Origin: Thermodesulfobacteriota bacterium
Lineage (GTDB): Bacteria; Desulfobacterota_D; UBA1144
Assembly (NCBI GenBank): GCA_029246845.1
Contig: JAQWMJ010000026.1
Coordinates: 1-20,260, forward strand
Direction: 5' to 3'
Length of the DNA stretch: 20,260 bases
Numbering within the stretch: the first letter of the stretch is position 1; every line of letters begins with the position of its first letter. Both the position numbers and the translations under genes were made by a program. Shown here in pieces: positions 16,830 to 20,260 of the stretch. The notes below the pieces were generated by a model. The model was not told the DNA's origin. It searched no databases and saw only the letters and a program-made list of their open reading frames with translations.

Positions 16830-17924
16830 TTACCCTACATTAAGCCTTTCTCTTATGTAGTTAGGGTCCATACCGGGCTCATCTTCGGATAATCTACTTT
16901 CATGTATCAGATCTATATCTTTCAATGCTTCTTCTATTTTTTTCTTGTATTTCTTATATTTACTCGCTTCTAGCGGTGATTTATTGTCAAATAAGGATAA
17001 TTTAGTATTTAGCCAGACCTCTGAGATCTCATCATTTTCAATAACTTCTGATATATCATTCTTAAATTTTGCAATATATTTATTTAAAGCTAACTCTTTA
17101 AAGTTGTTAAATATGATTTTATTTTTATATAGTTCTATGTTTCCAAATTCATTTTTAATCTCATCATAATAGTTAAATATAGAAGGTTTATTTGACTCTT
17201 CAAAGACAAGTTTTATTTTTTTATCTTCTTTAATCTTGTTCAGAACTGATACATAATCTAAGACTTTATGTTCAATCTTTTCTTTTATAACCTCGTTATT
17301 CTTAGCCTGAATTTGAGATATCATTTTGTTAATATCTTTCTCAATAACATAGAAGTAGTTCTTACAAATAATATTAGGCGTATTCTTAGTTTTCTTAAAA
17401 ATCTTAGTTAAAGTGTCGTATATAATTTCTTTATATTCTTTGTTATAAGCAACAATGTGACCAATCTTTATGGAATTTTTTTTATCTTTCTCCTCAATAA
17501 TTCTCATAGACAATAGTATTGATTCCTGAGGAAAGGGATCTTCAATAAGAATACTAGATTCTGTATTTTTAATAATATCCTTAATTTTATAATTTTTATC
17601 ATTAATCCTTTCATACTTAAATATGCTTCTGTATGAATTTAATATTAAAGATGGAATCTTTTCTTTATTGTCCTCAAAATACATGGAAGCTAAGGATTTT
17701 TCAGTAGTTATTAAATTATAGTCATAAATAAACCAATCTAAAAACTTTAAGTGGTTTGGGTCTTTTTCACTTATTTCATTGAATTCTTTTGTAAAAAATT
17801 CATTCTGGTTCCATAAAAAAAAAGCTTCATTTATCTCATTTTTTAGAAATTCTGATTTCGAAAAACCAATAAGGTCATGGTTGATTCTATCTATTTCTTT
17901 ATTAGTTAAAACTTTGTTTCTCAT
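16830..17924 (-). CDS. Hypothetical protein with an FLDWFIYDY motif and a possible MbcA/ParS/Xre-antitoxin-like C-terminal segment
   Basis: 364-aa ORF coupled to the ccmH stop by TGATG (alternative TTG start at 17927). C-terminus WLNTKLSLFDNKSPLEA...IRERL resembles W...P...L.G.TP.EA of DUF2384-like tails. Confidence 0.75.
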   Translation of the reverse strand: MRNKVLTNKEIDRINHDLIGFSKSEFLKNEINEAFFLWNQNEFFTKEFNEISEKDPNHLKFLDWFIYDYNLITTEKSLASMYFEDNKEKIPSLILNSYRSIFKYERINDKNYKIKDIIKNTESSILIEDPFPQESILLSMRIIEEKDKKNSIKIGHIVAYNKEYKEIIYDTLTKIFKKTKNTPNIICKNYFYVIEKDINKMISQIQAKNNEVIKEKIEHKVLDYVSVLNKIKEDKKIKLVFEESNKPSIFNYYDEIKNEFGNIELYKNKIIFNNFKELALNKYIAKFKNDISEVIENDEISEVWLNTKLSLFDNKSPLEASKYKKYKKKIEEALKDIDLIHESRLSEDEPGMDPNYIRERLNVG

Positions 17925-18301
17925 CAATTTCTATTTTTATTATTCCTTTTGACTCTAACTACCCAAAGAAGAATCGACAAAACTAATATTGCTGGTGGAA
18001 AAATCCATAATAATAAATTAAAACCCTTAATCGGTGGTTTAGCAAGAATAGTATCACCATATTGAAGTATAAAGTAATCCAATATCTCCTCTTTAGACTT
18101 CCCCTCAGATACTTTAATTCTTACAACTTCTTTCATTGATAGTGCTAACTGAGAGTTTGATTCAGCAACTGTTTGCCCTAGACAAACAGGGCACATTAGT
18201 TCGTTTGATATATCGTAAACTTTATTTTCAGCTACAGAATTACAAAGAGGCAAAATTAAAATGATTAATAAAAAAATTAACTTAATATTTACTGCTTTCA
18301 T
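17924..18301 (-). CDS. ccmH: Cytochrome c-type biogenesis protein CcmH (CcmL/NrfF family)
   Basis: Signal peptide, LMCPVC.GQTVAESNS.LA..M, G.S.EEI.DYF...YG..IL..PP, LLW..P plus a C-terminal TM helix. Confidence 0.93.
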   Translation of the reverse strand: MKAVNIKLIFLLIILILPLCNSVAENKVYDISNELMCPVCLGQTVAESNSQLALSMKEVVRIKVSEGKSKEEILDYFILQYGDTILAKPPIKGFNLLLWIFPPAILVLSILLWVVRVKRNNKNRN

Positions 18302-18833
18302 CGATTCCTCTTTCTAGTATTTCTTGATTAATCTTACCCATATATTTAAATAGAATTTTATTATCTTTTACAAAATATGTCTCAGGTACTCCCATCACAC
18401 TAAATTTAACAGATATAGTATTTTCATTATCAAAGATAGTTCTAAAAAAGGGCTTATATTTGATATAGAATTCAATTGCATCTTTCTTTTTATCAAAAAT
18501 ATTAATTCCAACAAGATTCACGTTTAAGTTGTTAGAGTAAATATTTTCTTGGAATTTATTAAGCTCAGAAATCTCCGCTATACATGGTCCACACCATGAC
18601 GCCCAAAAATTTATAATATTTAGTCCATCTAGATTATCTAAAATTATAATTTTAGAATTTTTATCTCCATCAATAATAGTCATTTTTTGTGAAAGAATGA
18701 TTTCTTTATTAATAGGGATAAAGCGTTTATCTAATTTTACCGGAATCTTTAAAGATGTCTTATCTTCAGAAGATAAGACAGGAAAACTCAAAAGAATAAA
18801 AAGAATAAAAAGAAATTTGGATACAGAGCTCAT
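18282..18833 (-). CDS. TlpA/DsbE(CcmG)-family thiol:disulfide oxidoreductase
   Basis: N-terminal hydrophobic anchor, INFWASWCGPC active site, GVPETYF cis-Pro motif; directly upstream of ccmH, so probably ccmG-like. Confidence 0.9.
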   Translation of the reverse strand: MSSVSKFLFILFILLSFPVLSSEDKTSLKIPVKLDKRFIPINKEIILSQKMTIIDGDKNSKIIILDNLDGLNIINFWASWCGPCIAEISELNKFQENIYSNNLNVNLVGINIFDKKKDAIEFYIKYKPFFRTIFDNENTISVKFSVMGVPETYFVKDNKILFKYMGKINQEILERGIDESSKY

Positions 18834-18835
18834 TT

Positions 18836-20137
18836 TTAGAAAGTTTGGGGCTCTACACCTGCCATTTTTTCTAATCTTGATTTATATTCTTCAAGGTCTA
18901 TCTTTTTCCTTGCTACTCCCGTTTCAATCGCTGCTTTAGCAACAGCATAGGATTCCCAAACAAGTATTCTAGGATCAAAAGGGGATGGAACAATATACTC
19001 TTTTCCAAAGACAAGCTTATCTCTATTGTGTTTTTTCGCTATTTCAGGACCAGCTCCTAGTTTAGCCAGTTTCGCTAATGCAATAGATGCTGCAACTTTC
19101 ATTTCTTCATTTATATCAGTTGCCGCAACATCAAGGGCGCCTCTAAATATAAATGGAAAACCAAGCACGTTGTTAACTTGGTTAGGATAATCTGTCCTTC
19201 CAGTTGCCATTATAATGTCTTTTCTTGCATCGAATGCATCTTCAGGTGAAATCTCAGGATCAGGGTTTGCCATTGCAAAAATAATTGGATTATCATTCAT
19301 TTCTTGAATCATTTCTTTTGAAACAACATTTCCTATTGAAAGACCAATAAAAACGTCACCACCTTTAAATGTATCCGCTAATGTTCGACATTCAGTTTCA
19401 ACTGCAAACTCTTCTTTCTGTTTGTTTAACCCGTCTCTTCCTTTGTATATAACCCCTTTACTATCACACATCAATATATTCTTTGGATCAGCCCCTAGAG
19501 TTACAAATAATCTCGCGCATGAGATAGCTGAAGCACCCGCACCATTTATATTTATTTTAATTTCAGACATCTTCCTTTCAGTAATTTCCACTGCATTAAC
19601 TAGTCCTGCACCAGAAATAATTGCTGTCCCATGTTGATCATCATGAAAAACTGGAATATTCATTTTTGCCTTTAACTCATCTTCTATTCTAAAACATTCT
19701 GGAGCTTTAATATCTTCAAGATTAATTCCGCAAAATGTTGGCTATAATAATTCAACAGTTCTTATAATTTCTTCAATGTCAGTTGTTTTAATTTCTATGT
19801 CAAACGCATCTACTTGAGCAAATCTTTTAAACAACACAGCCTTTCCTTCCATCACTGGCTTACTTGCCTCAGGTCCTAAGTCTCCTAACCCAAGAACCGC
19901 AGTACCGTTTGAAATAACAGCTACTAGATTTCCTTTATTTGTATATTCGTATACCTTTTCTACATCGGCATGAATTTCCTTACAAGGTTCGGCAACCCAT
20001 GGAGAATAAGCAAGAGACAATTGATCTTCAGTCTCACTAGGTTTTGTAATCTTAGTTTCAATTTTACCTTTAGGAAAACTTGAATGATAATCAAGTGCTT
20101 CCTTACGTTTTAATTCTAAATCCTTTTCATTACTCAT
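18836..20137 (-). pseudogene. maeB: NAD(P)-dependent malic enzyme (MaeB-type ME domain, no PTA domain) interrupted by one in-frame TAG at 19742-19744; possibly an intact gene with a sequence error
   Basis: The ORFs 19742-20143 and 18836-19663 share a frame and read ...[45 protein letters not shown]. Motifs: [59 protein letters not shown] 20137 is 8 nt after AGGAG. Confidence 0.85.
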
Positions 20138-20145
20138 ATTCAAAG

Positions 20146-20150
20146 CTCCT
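20146..20150 (-). promoter_or_regulatory. Shine-Dalgarno site of the malic enzyme gene
   Basis: Minus strand AGGAG-ctttgaat-ATG(20137). Confidence 0.7.
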
Positions 20151-20174
20151 TATTTCTATTGGGTAACAGCAATA

Positions 20175-20180
20175 ATCATA
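20175..20180 (-). promoter_or_regulatory. Possible sigma70 -10 element for the malic enzyme-ccmG-ccmH-hypothetical unit
   Basis: TATGAT on the minus strand about 25 nt upstream of the SD; no convincing -35 and the background is AT-rich. Confidence 0.25.
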
Positions 20181-20260
20181 CCTAAAAAGAAATATTAATA
20201 ATAGGTTTTTTAATTAAGAATTACTCTCAACTTTTTAGCATTTTTTGAACATATATTGTT

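Noticed and set aside
18790..18815. Tandem AAAAGAATA repeat
   Set aside because: About 2.5 copies encoding the hydrophobic FLFILFIL anchor of the thioredoxin; low complexity, not a CRISPR or regulatory repeat.
46..19637. Short opposite-strand ORFs in the track (46-240, 1385-1642, 2483-2701, 4448-4708, 6404-6742, 12493-12678, 12797-13042, 13163-13369, 14541-14891, 15461-15700, 16945-17169, 18697-18939, 19422-19637)
   Set aside because: All are antisense shadows of well-supported genes and show no recognisable motifs.
19742..19744. TAG recoding (pyrrolysine or stop reassignment)
   Set aside because: TAG terminates rplW, rplN, rplE, rpsN, rpsH, adk and rpsD at their expected ends, and neighbouring G>T changes explain this codon more simply.
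20205..20260. 3' end of an upstream minus-strand gene (…NNICSKNAKKLRVILN*)
   Set aside because: Too short to assign a frame or product.

Overview
An AT-rich, very tightly packed bacterial chromosome segment in standard genetic code 11 (TAA, TAG and TGA all end intact ribosomal genes). Bases 1-13322 are the S10-spc-alpha ribosomal superoperon: rplD (partial), rplW, rplB, rpsS, rplV, rpsC, rplP, rpmC, rpsQ, rplN, rplX, rplE, rpsN, rpsH, rplF, rplR, rpsE, rplO, secY, adk, map, infA, rpsM, rpsK, rpsD, rpoA, rplQ. rpmD and rpmJ are missing from their usual slots. An LLM-class oxidoreductase is appended to rplQ with no gap. The rest holds ubiE/menG, a stand-alone YitJ-type MTHFR domain, a degenerate ApbE-like protein, a hypothetical protein, ccmH, a ccmG/TlpA thioredoxin and a malic enzyme with one in-frame TAG. 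The strongest signal is an apparently concerted removal of Cys4 metal sites from the translation machinery. uS14 keeps the 61-aa zinc-type scaffold with 3 of 4 Cys replaced, uS4 has all 4 Cys replaced in register, uL24 stops where the zinc ribbon would begin, bL36 is absent here and Adk has a short LID. The malic-enzyme stop is one of three G>T changes at conserved codons and is more likely an artefact than recoding. RpoA, uS4 and malic enzyme signatures suggest a streamlined, deltaproteobacteria-related lineage such as marine Dadabacteria (inference only). I saw no RNA genes, mobile elements or CRISPR arrays.
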